Part shown: in pieces, positions 26,998 to 37,054 of the stretch
Layout of the letters: each line of letters starts with the position of its first letter
How positions within the stretch are numbered: the stretch's first letter is position 1
DNA from: Candidatus Collierbacteria bacterium RIFOXYD2_FULL_45_13
Lineage (GTDB): Bacteria; Patescibacteriota; Microgenomatia; UBA1400; MFAQ01
NCBI GenBank assembly: GCA_001774685.1
Contig: MFAS01000001.1
Location: forward strand, 897,252 to 961,251
Direction of reading: 5' to 3'
Length of the DNA: 64,000 nt
Program-made: the position numbers and the translations under genes
Notes under the pieces: model-generated
Databases searched by the model: none
What the model was told of the DNA's origin: nothing
The model's input: only the letters and a program-made list of their open reading frames with translations

Positions 26998-27867
26998 GTG
27001 TTTAATGGTAGTAAGACGATACTGGCTCATACTCCAAATTCTATCACACTTGATTTACAATATTACTCAGTGCCCAAATTAAAATCCAATCACCGCCCGC
27101 TTGAACTGGTTTTTGTCCGACATGGAGAGTCCGAGGGTAATGTGGCTGTCAAAGCCGCCGAGAACGGAGACGACAGCTTCTTCACCGACGATTTCAAAAA
27201 ACGTCACAGCTCCACTTGGGATCTTACTCTTAGAGGCGTCGAACAGGCCATCGCCGCCGGCAAATGGATCCGCGCAAATATCCACGGTGGAGTTTTTGAC
27301 GGCTACTACGCCTCCACCTACCGCCGTGCCAAACGCACCGCCGGTTTCCTCAATCTTCCCGGTGCCAAATGGAACCTTCGTGACTATATCCGCGAACATG
27401 ACTGGGGTAATCTGGACGTGATGACCGATGAAGAAAGACAAACCAAGTATCCGGATGTTATGGACAAGCGCGAAATCAACCCCTTTTACTTTTCTGCTCC
27501 CGGTGGCGAATCTTTGGCAGAGGTACTCATCCGCGCCCGGGTCGGCATTATGGCTACCCTTTATCGAAAGCTTCCCAATAAACGCGGTATTGTGGTCACT
27601 CATGGCAACATGATGTGGCCCATCCGCATTATCATGGAAGGCTTACTGCCCGACGAATACCTGGCCCTCAAAAAGAAAAAGGACCCCCTAGACAAGATCA
27701 ACAACTGTCAGATCTTTCAATACACCAGGATCAATCCCCAAACGCACGAGATCTCCGAAAAATTTACCTGGATGAGGTCCGTTTGCCCCTGGAATCTCAA
27801 TCCCAAAAATGATGCCTGGCGCCCCATACTCCACAAAAAGTACTCCAACGAAGAACTGGTTAACTAA
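26998..27867 (+). CDS. histidine phosphatase superfamily protein (phosphoglycerate-mutase-like); exact start uncertain
   Basis: LVFVRHGESEGN catalytic RHG motif. Confidence 0.7.
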   Translation: MFNGSKTILAHTPNSITLDLQYYSVPKLKSNHRPLELVFVRHGESEGNVAVKAAENGDDSFFTDDFKKRHSSTWDLTLRGVEQAIAAGKWIRANIHGGVFDGYYASTYRRAKRTAGFLNLPGAKWNLRDYIREHDWGNLDVMTDEERQTKYPDVMDKREINPFYFSAPGGESLAEVLIRARVGIMATLYRKLPNKRGIVVTHGNMMWPIRIIMEGLLPDEYLALKKKKDPLDKINNCQIFQYTRINPQTHEISEKFTWMRSVCPWNLNPKNDAWRPILHKKYSNEELVN

Positions 27868-27938
27868 CAAGCCTCCTAATATTCCATATTGGTATACAAT
27901 ATAGGTTGTAGCAACTTGAAATTTAAAAGGAGATAACC

Positions 27939-28892
27939 ATGCTCTACGATTCGCACGAAGCAATTAGAGATGCCATTACTTCACTCCGAAATCTCAACGC
28001 CTTGATCCGGGAACGTCACCAGGCAGGATATGTCCGAAAAGAACGGCTCCAAGAGTGGGTCGTCCTGGGACGCTTCTACTTCGATTCCTGTGGCAACTGC
28101 TGGAAATATACCGGCGGCTCGATACCGGCTGAAGTCTTTCCCGACCTCCCCAAAGTTATGAGACAGACTGAGTTTTCAGCGTTTATCAAGAGGTCATCTC
28201 TTCCCAGCAAAACATCTTCGTTTACGTGTTCGATTGGTGATGATATACCTCCTGCCGATTTATTCTGTCCGGAATGCGGCACCCACTGGACGGTTCAAAA
28301 CTGTCACGATACCGTGATAGAACACGAGACGAGAACTGTAGACCTGAACAAAAAAGCCGGCCAGAGATTAGTTGACGTCGTCGGACGCTGGAAAATGAAC
28401 GGCTATGCCGTCTGGAGACTACAACCGGGCAAATCCATTCGCAATGACATTTACATCGATTCCTCAAATAAGTTGGGTTGGATCGAGCCGGAAGGTGAGT
28501 ATTTCATCAATCCCGGTGACGAAGCCCTGGCCAATATCTGGACTTACCGGCACCACAAATGCCATCGCCAGAACCAACTCAAACGAGAACAGGAATACTT
28601 CCAAAAAATCTTCACCGAAGCCGGGTTCCAGGAAATCTGGCTCTCACCGATCGAAAACAAATATTGCCCCTGTAACAGTTGCGCTCCCTGGTTTGAAGTC
28701 GTCGTCAACAGCATTCATTTCACCATCGGCTGGCGCAAAAGAGTCATCAGCATTCAATCAACCGATCCCCGAATAATCTTCGACAAAATGTTTCCCAACG
28801 AAGAGACCACCAAGAGCACTCATGAGATTCACGCTTGGGGACGCGAAAAATGCATCGAGTACCTCTCGGCCATCAGAAAAATCGTTAAATAA
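27939..28892 (+). CDS. cysteine-rich hypothetical protein (putative Zn-binding)
   Basis: SD AAAGGAG; CGNCW, CPECGTHW, CPCNSC motifs. Confidence 0.55.
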   Translation: MLYDSHEAIRDAITSLRNLNALIRERHQAGYVRKERLQEWVVLGRFYFDSCGNCWKYTGGSIPAEVFPDLPKVMRQTEFSAFIKRSSLPSKTSSFTCSIGDDIPPADLFCPECGTHWTVQNCHDTVIEHETRTVDLNKKAGQRLVDVVGRWKMNGYAVWRLQPGKSIRNDIYIDSSNKLGWIEPEGEYFINPGDEALANIWTYRHHKCHRQNQLKREQEYFQKIFTEAGFQEIWLSPIENKYCPCNSCAPWFEVVVNSIHFTIGWRKRVISIQSTDPRIIFDKMFPNEETTKSTHEIHAWGREKCIEYLSAIRKIVK

Positions 28893-29018
28893 ATTTCCGT
28901 TCAACCCCTGCCGTTGGCGGGGGTTTTGTTTTACCACATGGGTATACTCACCGACTTGATATAATTCAAAACTGTAAGCACTCTTAAACCTTATTTTTAT
29001 CTTTTACGGAGGTAAACC

Positions 29019-29513
29019 ATGCCTGAGAATACTTTCAACGTTGTTTTTGAGTACGACGAAACTACCGGAGGGGCTTACGGAGTTCGCACTTGGACTTCCT
29101 ACCGCGACCAAGCCGAAGCCGAGGCTATGACCAAAGTCAGAACCAATGAAAAGATCATCGCTCAAGGTGTTTCCGACGAAGAGGCCTTGGATCTTACCAG
29201 CCTGACTCCGGAGATCTGCCGCCTGATGTGCGCGGTTGAACAAGCCTTTCAGGACGAGATCAGGCCATCGAAAGAGATGATCTCGTTCCATATGTCCAAC
29301 GCTAAATACGCCATCGCCGCGGACAGACAACGGATCTCCGAACGCCACTTGGTTCGCCACAACGGCCACAGATACATCCAGGCGGCTAGAAAACTGTTGG
29401 CAAGTAGACCGACGTTCAAAACCGCCTCCATGCAGGGAGCTATGATTTTTCTCCAAAACCAACAGGGTCAGGTGGTCTTGGATCTCCAGGATTTCACCTT
29501 CCCCCGCGAGTAA
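29019..29513 (+). CDS. hypothetical protein
   Basis: SD GGAGG; terminator 29531..29554. Confidence 0.55.
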   Translation: MPENTFNVVFEYDETTGGAYGVRTWTSYRDQAEAEAMTKVRTNEKIIAQGVSDEEALDLTSLTPEICRLMCAVEQAFQDEIRPSKEMISFHMSNAKYAIAADRQRISERHLVRHNGHRYIQAARKLLASRPTFKTASMQGAMIFLQNQQGQVVLDLQDFTFPRE

Positions 29514-29631
29514 CTGCCATCTCAATTATTCCCCGCCATCCGGCGGGGGTTTTCATAAAGCCTATAGTTGACATTTCTTTGATACTGCTCTATAATTCAC
29601 CGAAACACACCCTAACAACTAAGGAGCAATC

Positions 29632-30060
29632 ATGAAATCTTCTCTTAAGCTGAGTATGTTCCCGCTTTATACATTCACCCTTGGCGGTATTCTCACGATC
29701 ATCTTCGTCTTTTTCACTCTTCACCAAGCGGGGGAAATCATTGGAGTTGGGCGAGTCATCGCAGGCGTGACTGTGGTGCTTCTATTTGCCTTCATGGGAT
29801 ACGGGGTATCTCTCATGAACAGCACTAATTTTCACCGTAAAGTCGCCAATCCGGTCGTTCTGGAGAAGTTGTCTCCCGAAGTTCGATACTGGCTTAACGG
29901 GGAGACCTGGGCCAGATACTACGGGCACGATGAAGACTCTGGTCAATTCAAGTTCGGGATTTGGGGAAGAAACGATCTTACCGATCCAAATGACTACGAA
30001 CTGATCCCGCCTTGGAAAGTCAAAGCCTATTTCTCCCTCTCACAGGAAGTTTTTAGCTAG
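29632..30060 (+). CDS. membrane protein, paralog 1 of the YWLNGET family
   Basis: SD AAGGAG; 2 TM helices, then FHRKV...RYWLNGETWARY. Confidence 0.6.
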   Translation: MKSSLKLSMFPLYTFTLGGILTIIFVFFTLHQAGEIIGVGRVIAGVTVVLLFAFMGYGVSLMNSTNFHRKVANPVVLEKLSPEVRYWLNGETWARYYGHDEDSGQFKFGIWGRNDLTDPNDYELIPPWKVKAYFSLSQEVFS

Positions 30061-30141
30061 AGCCATCTCCCCGCCATCCGGCGGGGATTTTAGTGATAAA
30101 ATAAACCCCATAGTACCTTAAACCAACTACGGAGGCTGAAC

Positions 30142-30582
30142 ATGAAGTCCCCTCTCAAATACTCCAAGTGGCCAATTGTTCTTTATGGCCTTGGAAGTCT
30201 TATTCTCTTTGGCTTAACTCTTAATTCGTATTATCTATCCGGAGGAGTTATTACACTTGAGAGAATCTTCTGGCTTATAGTCGGAGTGGGAACCTCTATG
30301 CTTGCCGGCTGGTGGATTGCTATCAAGTTTACCGGCACTATATTCCATCGTCAGGTTGACCGCCCTATAGAACCTTCGGATCTTCAAATCCTGCAAACCT
30401 ATTGGTTAAATGGAGAGACCGCTGCTGTCTTTATTGGCAGGCTTGATCATCCAGGCACATATTTGTTCCACATTCACGGACTCAACAAAAGGCACGATCT
30501 CCTTGACGCCAAGGCGTTAACCTTCGACCAAGTGAGTAAATACATTTCCTCTCATAAGGAGCACAATGAAAAATCCCGTTAA
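30142..30582 (+). CDS. membrane protein, paralog 2 of the YWLNGET family
   Basis: SD GGAGG; FHRQV...TYWLNGETAAVF. Confidence 0.6.
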   Translation: MKSPLKYSKWPIVLYGLGSLILFGLTLNSYYLSGGVITLERIFWLIVGVGTSMLAGWWIAIKFTGTIFHRQVDRPIEPSDLQILQTYWLNGETAAVFIGRLDHPGTYLFHIHGLNKRHDLLDAKALTFDQVSKYISSHKEHNEKSR

Positions 30583-30985
30583 GTACGCCTGGAAGTCTTT
30601 TCCTTCACTTATGCTCATTAGTGCCGTTTTCGTCCTGTTTCTAGCCTGGATCAGCAACGGCGCCACACCCATGAGCCTTCTCAAAGGCATCGCGATGTTG
30701 GGGATGTATCTTGTCCTCCTTTTCCTTGATGCAATCCTCATTGTTCGCTGGGGAACTATTCTCAATCGCAAGGTTGACCACTCCGTCATCCCCGAAGAAT
30801 TAGTCGTCGGTCAGAGATACTGGCTGAATGGCGAAACATGGGCTGACTATGCAGGCTTCGAAAGCTATACCGGGCAATATATCTTTGCCATTTACGAAGT
30901 ACACAACCGTAATGATCCACACACCAGGCTCCTCCGTGGACAAGTAAGCCAATACATCTCCAAAGAACAAGAAGTCTTCGAATAA
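30566..30985 (+). CDS. membrane protein, paralog 3 of the YWLNGET family
   Basis: SD AAGGAG; LNRKV...RYWLNGETWADY; terminator 30996..31021. Confidence 0.6.
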   Translation: MKNPVKYAWKSFPSLMLISAVFVLFLAWISNGATPMSLLKGIAMLGMYLVLLFLDAILIVRWGTILNRKVDHSVIPEELVVGQRYWLNGETWADYAGFESYTGQYIFAIYEVHNRNDPHTRLLRGQVSQYISKEQEVFE

Positions 30986-31247
30986 TAACGACTCTAGAGG
31001 CACATAAGTGCCTCTTTTTTGTACTGTGTCTGTCCGGCCAATGGTATCAATCTATTAACCAAGACATCACTTTTTAGTAAAGTAGTCATCACCAATTCTC
31101 TGTCAAACCACTCCAAACAATTTCCAAATATCACAATTCTCGACATTTCCTCACTTCTTTCCAAAGCAATCACATCCTCCCTTCCCAAGATGTCATCCCA
31201 AGCGTAGACGAGGAATCTCACATTAATAATACACTCACCCACCACTC

Positions 31248-31276
31248 TTGCATTTTACCCACATTTGTGGTATATT
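31248..31276 (+). promoter_or_regulatory. sigma70-like promoter TTGCAT-17-TATATT
   Basis: About 60 nt upstream of the 31338 gene. Confidence 0.4.
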
Positions 31277-31337
31277 ATGGGTTAGATATCAACCGTGATA
31301 GCCACGGTCAAACATTAAAAAAGACAGGAGGTGCGCC

Positions 31338-31664
31338 ATGCGCCTACAAGTTCTGGACGGTGGACGTCTGTCCCTCGTTGAAGAGGGAGAGACCGTTCTT
31401 ATCCTAGAGGGCAAGATGAGCCTCAGAATTTCTCCAACCGAGCTTAGGCCGGAAGTCATGTTCTTACCTGATAGCAAACTTCCCTCCAGTTTCCACATTG
31501 GAGACGAAGTTGTGTCTGACGGAGAAAATGCTCTTCTTTTTCGAAGGTGGCAACCGCTTCGAGCGGATACCACCATCGTGACCCACGACGATGAAGCCCG
31601 TTTGGAGGCAAGAATCGCCATCGAAGCCGATGATCCGGCTGACGATCCTGATATGCCATTCTAA
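31338..31664 (+). CDS. hypothetical acidic protein
   Basis: SD AGGAGG; 108 aa. Confidence 0.5.
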   Translation: MRLQVLDGGRLSLVEEGETVLILEGKMSLRISPTELRPEVMFLPDSKLPSSFHIGDEVVSDGENALLFRRWQPLRADTTIVTHDDEARLEARIAIEADDPADDPDMPF

Positions 31665-31683
31665 CTACAGGAAGGAGGCCACT

Positions 31684-31743
31684 ATGTTCCTCACTGCAAT
31701 ACTTCTTGGTGCGTTGGTGTTCTTCATCATACGCACGATGTAA
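31684..31743 (+). CDS. 19-aa hydrophobic micro-protein (MFLTAILLGALVFFIIRTM)
   Basis: Strong SD GGAAGGAGG 6 nt upstream; single TM-like peptide; hairpin follows. Confidence 0.3.
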   Translation: MFLTAILLGALVFFIIRTM

Positions 31744-31874
31744 CTTTCTCCCCGATAAAGCCCCGACATTGTGTGCGAGGCTTTCTTTTTTTATCTCAGC
31801 TATACGATCCGTGCATCGGCCACCACAGCGCAAATCTGCTAAAATTCCTCATTCTTTGACATCAAGGAGACCTC

Positions 31875-32063
31875 ATGATCCTCATTCTTTTCGCGATCGG
31901 TTCATTTGCCGGTGGTCTCTACTTGCTGGCCACCTTTCCCAACCTGTTCATGGCCGCCATTGCTCTTTTCTTCGTGGGGTCCTTCCTGCTCTTCCTTATG
32001 ACCCAGGGTCAATCTCGTTCAACCACCGAGGCTCCCCCTCCCAGCACCCACAAAACAAAGTAG
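31875..32063 (+). CDS. small membrane protein
   Basis: SD AAGGAG; 2 TM helices. Confidence 0.45.
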   Translation: MILILFAIGSFAGGLYLLATFPNLFMAAIALFFVGSFLLFLMTQGQSRSTTEAPPPSTHKTK

Positions 32064-32196
32064 TCACCATAGGCTAAATAATATCCCATAGTTGACAAAA
32101 TGTGGTTTAGGTGATATACTCTAGCACTGTAAGTACATTGAGTGGGCACCCGCCCAACTCTCCACCCTCAGATTCAGATTCCCAAGGAGAACGCAA

Positions 32197-32655
32197 ATGA
32201 CCACAACCGCATTCGTTGCCCCCCAGCCTTCCATGTTCGTCATGGCCAAGGTCGAAGAACTGCAAAAAGCAGCCGCCAAGGCCGAAACGGCCATGGGAGA
32301 TGCCTCCAACCTGCCCTTCCTGACCTGGAACCGCAAGGGCAAGATCGCAACCGCCCGTGCGGCCTACGATGCCGCCATGGCGGAACTGACCGAAGCCCGC
32401 GAAGAACTGGCCGTATCGCGCGACTACGAAGCCAAGATGGCCACCGAGAATGCCGCCGCGTCCAATCAGGGTCGCAAGGATGCCATCGACGCCGCCCTCC
32501 TCTTCGCGCCCGAACTGAAGGGCATCGCCCGCACCGGGCTCAAGGAAGCCGCGAATGAACTCGACGCAGTCGAGAACGCCCGCAAGGCCCTCGCCCTCCG
32601 CGAAGAACTCGCCCTGGAAAAAGCCACCGCGGCGCGTACCCTGCTCCGCAAGTAA
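32197..32655 (+). CDS. Ala-rich helical protein encoded by a high-GC gene, hypothetical
   Basis: SD AAGGAGAA; terminator 32678..32707; GC about 62%. The opposing ORFs 32107..32724 and 32142..32558 are artefacts. Confidence 0.6.
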   Translation: MTTTAFVAPQPSMFVMAKVEELQKAAAKAETAMGDASNLPFLTWNRKGKIATARAAYDAAMAELTEAREELAVSRDYEAKMATENAAASNQGRKDAIDAALLFAPELKGIARTGLKEAANELDAVENARKALALREELALEKATAARTLLRK

Positions 32656-32736
32656 TCCCGCGCACCCGCGCAAACGTCCCCCCGACAGTGTCGGGGGGAT
32701 ATTTTTTGGCAAAAAACATGCCAAACCCCAAGATGC

Positions 32737-33378
32737 TCAAGTGGCCAGCCTCTTAAGCACTTCTTCCTCCAGCATCCCAGTATCTACCGGTGCCTGCTTG
32801 AGGCGGTCTTCATCCGTTTGCGAGGCTGATAATATTACCTTCCAATTTTTTAAGTGTTTTTGAAGTCTCTCTCGGATCTTGTTCATGACAATAGTTTCGT
32901 TGGGGTAGGCTTGGCGGGACTCCTCCGCGGAAGCTCGAATACCGGTCAATAGATGAGTTCTCGCACGCGCGTTTCGGCTGGTTTGCCTACCTCCACCACC
33001 CGCCTTGACACTAGCCGTCAGCTTCTCCCAGTTGCTCATTTCGCCTTCATTTATTACCAAATCATCTGGATCGTGTATATTTTCCTTCAACCAGCCTAAA
33101 TACTGTGTTGTGCATTTCATTTCTACCGAACCGGCATCCTGGGACTTTATATATTCCAGCACGTCCTGAACCTCTGCTGCCGGTGATTTATCCGAATTTT
33201 CAGCCCGATTGACCGTATTTTCAGCCTGATTTTGTCGCACTTCTTTAGCATGCTCTCGCAAAGTCAGGTCACCCTGTCGTTTTTCACCCTTTTTTCCTCC
33301 CCCACCACCCCCGGCCCTACCTTGCTCAAAATCATCAAAGTCATCAGGATCAACTCGGAGGGAATATTCGATTTCCAT
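32737..33378 (-). CDS. hypothetical protein with Gly-runs
   Basis: 213-aa ORF. Confidence 0.45.
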   Translation of the reverse strand: MEIEYSLRVDPDDFDDFEQGRAGGGGGGKKGEKRQGDLTLREHAKEVRQNQAENTVNRAENSDKSPAAEVQDVLEYIKSQDAGSVEMKCTTQYLGWLKENIHDPDDLVINEGEMSNWEKLTASVKAGGGGRQTSRNARARTHLLTGIRASAEESRQAYPNETIVMNKIRERLQKHLKNWKVILSASQTDEDRLKQAPVDTGMLEEEVLKRLAT

Positions 33379-33730
33379 AAGTTCGATTTTACACGTTTTA
33401 GTTGCATTTTTGCCAAAGCAAAGCCCCCTTAACGGGGGCTTTTTTGTATTTGATCAGTGCGGCCTCACTCCGCACGAATGAATCGGGGCGTAAAGACGCC
33501 CGGAGGAAAAGCAGTATAACCTCACGGTCCATTCAGGTTTCTCCTTTTATGGTTTGGGGTTGACGAGGAATTGCCTCAACAACCGGTGATGATCCTGCTT
33601 TTTAAGTGCTCCTCACGCGTGTGAGGATGTGCCTAGTATACCACAGTGTTATAGGTCTGTCAAGAGCTTGCCACTAGGCACAAAAAATCCCCGCTCACTT
33701 GGAGCGGGGATCATCGATCTGGGATCGGGG

Positions 33731-34642
33731 TTATTCCGGCTTGGCGCCGGAGCCCTTCTTCTTTCCACCCTTTTTCTTGCTCTGCTGGCGATCAGGATCG
33801 TCACCCTGCTTGCGGGCTTCTTTCTTCTGATCGCGCGCCTTCTTGGCGGCGCCATCTTGGCGCTGGCCGGGGCGCAGGCTCTGAAGGTCGTCCAACTCGC
33901 GCTGGCGATTCTTTTCAATCTCCGCCTGACGGGCGCGCTTCGCAGCCTTGAGGGCCTCCGGGCTCTGTTGGGGCGCGGCCGGTTTCTGCGGGGCAGATGC
34001 CTTCTTGGAAGAGACCTTCGGCTCGGGCTCGGTCGTGTAGCAGACCTTGCACAGGCTCGGAATGAAGGATTTCTTGCCCTCACCCTTCGGCGTGATCATC
34101 TCAACGGGGGTGCCACAGTGGCACCATCCCGCCTGGACGTAATTGCCAACCGCGAAGGTCAGCTTGTCGAGATCCGCGAGCAAGGGCTGGATGTCGTCCT
34201 TGCCTTCAGGCCACAGGTTGGCCATTCGAGTTTCGATGGAGACGTAGACGCAGAAGGCGGGACGTTCGTCGAGGATCTGGGCGCGGGACATGGCTTCTTG
34301 GCCCTTGTGCCCCTTGGCGTCCTCGGCCCGGACCCAGTTGGTCCATGTGTCGAGAGCCGTCTGCCAGGCGACGCGCACGGGCTCGGTTGCAGCGAGGTAG
34401 CGCTGATAGGCGGCGGCCTCGTCGGCCAAACGGCCGATGTACTGGCCGATACGGCCGTACAGTTTGATAAGACCGATGCGATCGCCCTTGTCCTGGAGGA
34501 CCTGCATGTCTTTCCACATCATGTCCTTTTGGTCGTTGTGACCTTCGATCCCATTGATGCGGACGGTCAGCTTGCCGACCATCTCTTCGACGGTATCCTC
34601 GTGGCGAGGCTTGCGGACGGGCTGTGCGGTGGGCTGGGTCAT
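33731..34642 (-). CDS. hypothetical protein (high-GC gene) with a Cys4 cluster and a Lys-rich C-terminal tail
   Basis: SD AGGAGG on the minus strand and a minus-strand terminator (aatccccgctcacttggagcggggat). The antisense ORF 33629..34657 is rejected. Confidence 0.6.
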   Translation of the reverse strand: MTQPTAQPVRKPRHEDTVEEMVGKLTVRINGIEGHNDQKDMMWKDMQVLQDKGDRIGLIKLYGRIGQYIGRLADEAAAYQRYLAATEPVRVAWQTALDTWTNWVRAEDAKGHKGQEAMSRAQILDERPAFCVYVSIETRMANLWPEGKDDIQPLLADLDKLTFAVGNYVQAGWCHCGTPVEMITPKGEGKKSFIPSLCKVCYTTEPEPKVSSKKASAPQKPAAPQQSPEALKAAKRARQAEIEKNRQRELDDLQSLRPGQRQDGAAKKARDQKKEARKQGDDPDRQQSKKKGGKKKGSGAKPE

Positions 34643-34778
34643 GGAAACACCTCCTAGGGTGTGGAGCTTTTAAGGGCTCCGGGTAGAGTTTTGAATGTTC
34701 CCCCTTACGGGTTCGTCCGTAAGTTCGGACGTGATAGGCGGAATTATAGCATAGCTATAGGTCAATGTCAAGCCTATC

Positions 34779-35954
34779 TCAAATATTCTTCACTCTCTCC
34801 ACGAACTTCAGTTTGTACCTGATCCCAGAATACGCCGCCTTCACAAGCAAGTTTACGATAAAAGTCACGAGCATCAAAAGCCCGAAGTAGATCATCCCCT
34901 GGCTAGTTACCTTCGGCAAGCTGTCGCGGGACAGGTAGCCTATGATCCCCCCAACCACTCCATAAGTGGTTATCAGCTGGAGGCTCTGAATACTCTTGTT
35001 TGTCGCTTGGCCCTTGATCTCAGCAATCACCCCAATGGCAGCCGCCAAGTAATTGTTGGTCATTACCCAGATCTCTTTGATATAGCCATGGGTGTTGGTA
35101 AGCACATCAAATTTGTACTGGAATACGTTCGACAAATGATCAGCCAACTTCATCTCCTTGGCAATGTCAGCTCTGGTATGCACGTACGCACCCATCTGGT
35201 TGATTCTGCTACTGATGAGGTTAATGGTTTTTTGGTAAGCATCCAGCTGTAGCCGAACCTTCTCGACTTCCCTGCCTCGGATTAGCTTCCGCTCCTTGAT
35301 CTCGGAAATTTCCTCCCATAGCTTCCGGTGTATGTCCAAGTACTTCTGAAGCTGATCCTTGAACTCCCGGAAAAATATTTGCATCTCCACCAGCCCTTCC
35401 ACAAAGTCCTTGTACTCCGGCTTAGCAATCAAGAATATAAATCCAGGTGTTTTTTTTACTGTTAGCTCAGGTGAGTCTATGGTGCTGTATATTTCCCCAA
35501 ACTGTGCATCCAGAGCAAATTCCTCCGGGTCTTTGTCAATCACCCCCACCGCAATCGGGTGAACAGTTTTTATGTTCGCTAGCTCCTTCGGGGTCGGGGC
35601 ACCAAGCGAGAAAATATACGCGATTGCAGGAGCAAACTTATCGTCATAATAACTTTTTAATTTCTCTTTGGCTTCATCAATATCACTCGAGGATTGTTTC
35701 AGAATATACAACCCATCCTCGTAATACTGAATCTCAATCCCCTCCTTTGTTTCGGCTCTCACATACTCCAGATAGCCAGCCTTACGGCTAACTTTAACCA
35801 ACTCCAAACCAGTGTGGAGTTTCTTCAGCCTCTCCTTGGATAAAGGTAGATCGCTTTTGGCTTCAGTAAAGAAATCCGCTATCTCCGTCAGGTGCAGAGT
35901 GGTTCGCTGATACCATCCGCCGAAGTAAACACTCAGTTTCGTCTTTTCGGGCAT
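34779..35954 (-). CDS. hypothetical protein with two C-terminal TM helices
   Basis: 391 aa. Confidence 0.55.
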   Translation of the reverse strand: MPEKTKLSVYFGGWYQRTTLHLTEIADFFTEAKSDLPLSKERLKKLHTGLELVKVSRKAGYLEYVRAETKEGIEIQYYEDGLYILKQSSSDIDEAKEKLKSYYDDKFAPAIAYIFSLGAPTPKELANIKTVHPIAVGVIDKDPEEFALDAQFGEIYSTIDSPELTVKKTPGFIFLIAKPEYKDFVEGLVEMQIFFREFKDQLQKYLDIHRKLWEEISEIKERKLIRGREVEKVRLQLDAYQKTINLISSRINQMGAYVHTRADIAKEMKLADHLSNVFQYKFDVLTNTHGYIKEIWVMTNNYLAAAIGVIAEIKGQATNKSIQSLQLITTYGVVGGIIGYLSRDSLPKVTSQGMIYFGLLMLVTFIVNLLVKAAYSGIRYKLKFVERVKNI

Positions 35955-36032
35955 ACTTTCATATTACACTGTCGTCGTGCTATATTTACGGCAAGTCTTG
36001 AACGTTAAAATCAGCTGAAAAGGAGGGCCCCC

Positions 36033-36650
36033 ATGACCCCCAAACCACGCCGAAAAAAAATAAAAGATCCCCCGTTTGAAGACTGTGTCAGTATTGACAC
36101 GCCCATCGAGCTTTTCCAAATTCAGCAACTCTTACGCACTGCAGGCGCAGTCCTAGTCGATCTGCAGACCGGACTGGTAATTAAGGGTTTTGTTGATTTG
36201 CCGGAGATCGGCCTTGTCGACACCACCAAGAATCATCCAATCAGAAAAGGCCTTGGATTCATCCCCCCTGTCGCACCAGCACCCCCAGACTATAACTTTA
36301 TTGATGTGGATGCAATTCTCCTGGTCAACCAAGATTACCTCGAGAAGGGCCAACCACCCTACTCCATTCTTGTTGTGGAGGATGCCGACATAGATAAGTG
36401 GGCGGAGCTAGCCTATGCCATCTGCCTTCAGTTTGTCACCAAGGTCGATGGCCAACCCAAACCCTCGGTTACAATCAAGGTGGGTTCCTTGGCTGTTTCC
36501 GACGACAATGATCCAAAATCAGCCATCAACGCCGTCCTCCGACGCCGGCAGGGATATGGTTTCGAAGATGCCGACGCCGTTTCCGGCCAATTCATATTTG
36601 ACGAGAGCCAATATTTTGCCGATGAGGAAGACGATGACGAGGGTGAATAG
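36033..36650 (+). CDS. hypothetical protein with acidic C-terminus
   Basis: SD AAAGGAGGG. Confidence 0.5.
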   Translation: MTPKPRRKKIKDPPFEDCVSIDTPIELFQIQQLLRTAGAVLVDLQTGLVIKGFVDLPEIGLVDTTKNHPIRKGLGFIPPVAPAPPDYNFIDVDAILLVNQDYLEKGQPPYSILVVEDADIDKWAELAYAICLQFVTKVDGQPKPSVTIKVGSLAVSDDNDPKSAINAVLRRRQGYGFEDADAVSGQFIFDESQYFADEEDDDEGE

Positions 36651-36736
36651 GCTCAAAGCGCTTGACTTTTGACCCATAATGGTATATAATCACCCACAGT
36701 CAAGAACACGAAAAACCTATTCCCGAGGAGATTCCA

Positions 36737-36919
36737 ATGAATGAATTCAAGAATCGTATGCTGTTATTCCTGGCCAATAATAACGTCACCATCTCCAACC
36801 TCACCGTTATCGCTGGCCTCGTCCTGGCCAATGTGATCACCCTGCCGCAAGCCGCCTTCTGGCTTGCTGTCGGACTCGCCGTGTACGGCATCATGTACCT
36901 GATCACCCGCAACCGCTAG
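36737..36919 (+). CDS. small membrane protein
   Basis: SD GAGGAG; terminator 36937..36967. Confidence 0.45.
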   Translation: MNEFKNRMLLFLANNNVTISNLTVIAGLVLANVITLPQAAFWLAVGLAVYGIMYLITRNR

Positions 36920-37054
36920 TTGGTCACCCCCACCCCGCCCCGTCTCAACCGAGACGGGGCATTTTTGTGTCTTGACAACCCATAGAAACCAGTCATGATA
37001 TAATCTCGCCATGAGTTGATGAGGTATGCACATTTATTTGAGAGGAGAGTCTCC

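Noticed and set aside
32107-32724. Minus-strand 205-aa ORF and other overlapping ORFs at 32121 to 32863
   Set aside because: These are GC-driven artefacts overlapping the well-supported plus-strand 32197..32655 gene (SD plus terminator). The products are Gly/Arg/Ala low-complexity.
33629-34657. 342-aa plus-strand ORF
   Set aside because: It is antisense to the SD- and terminator-flanked minus-strand gene 33731..34642. It is open only because of the 60% GC, and its product is a low-complexity Leu/Ala/Gly/Arg string.
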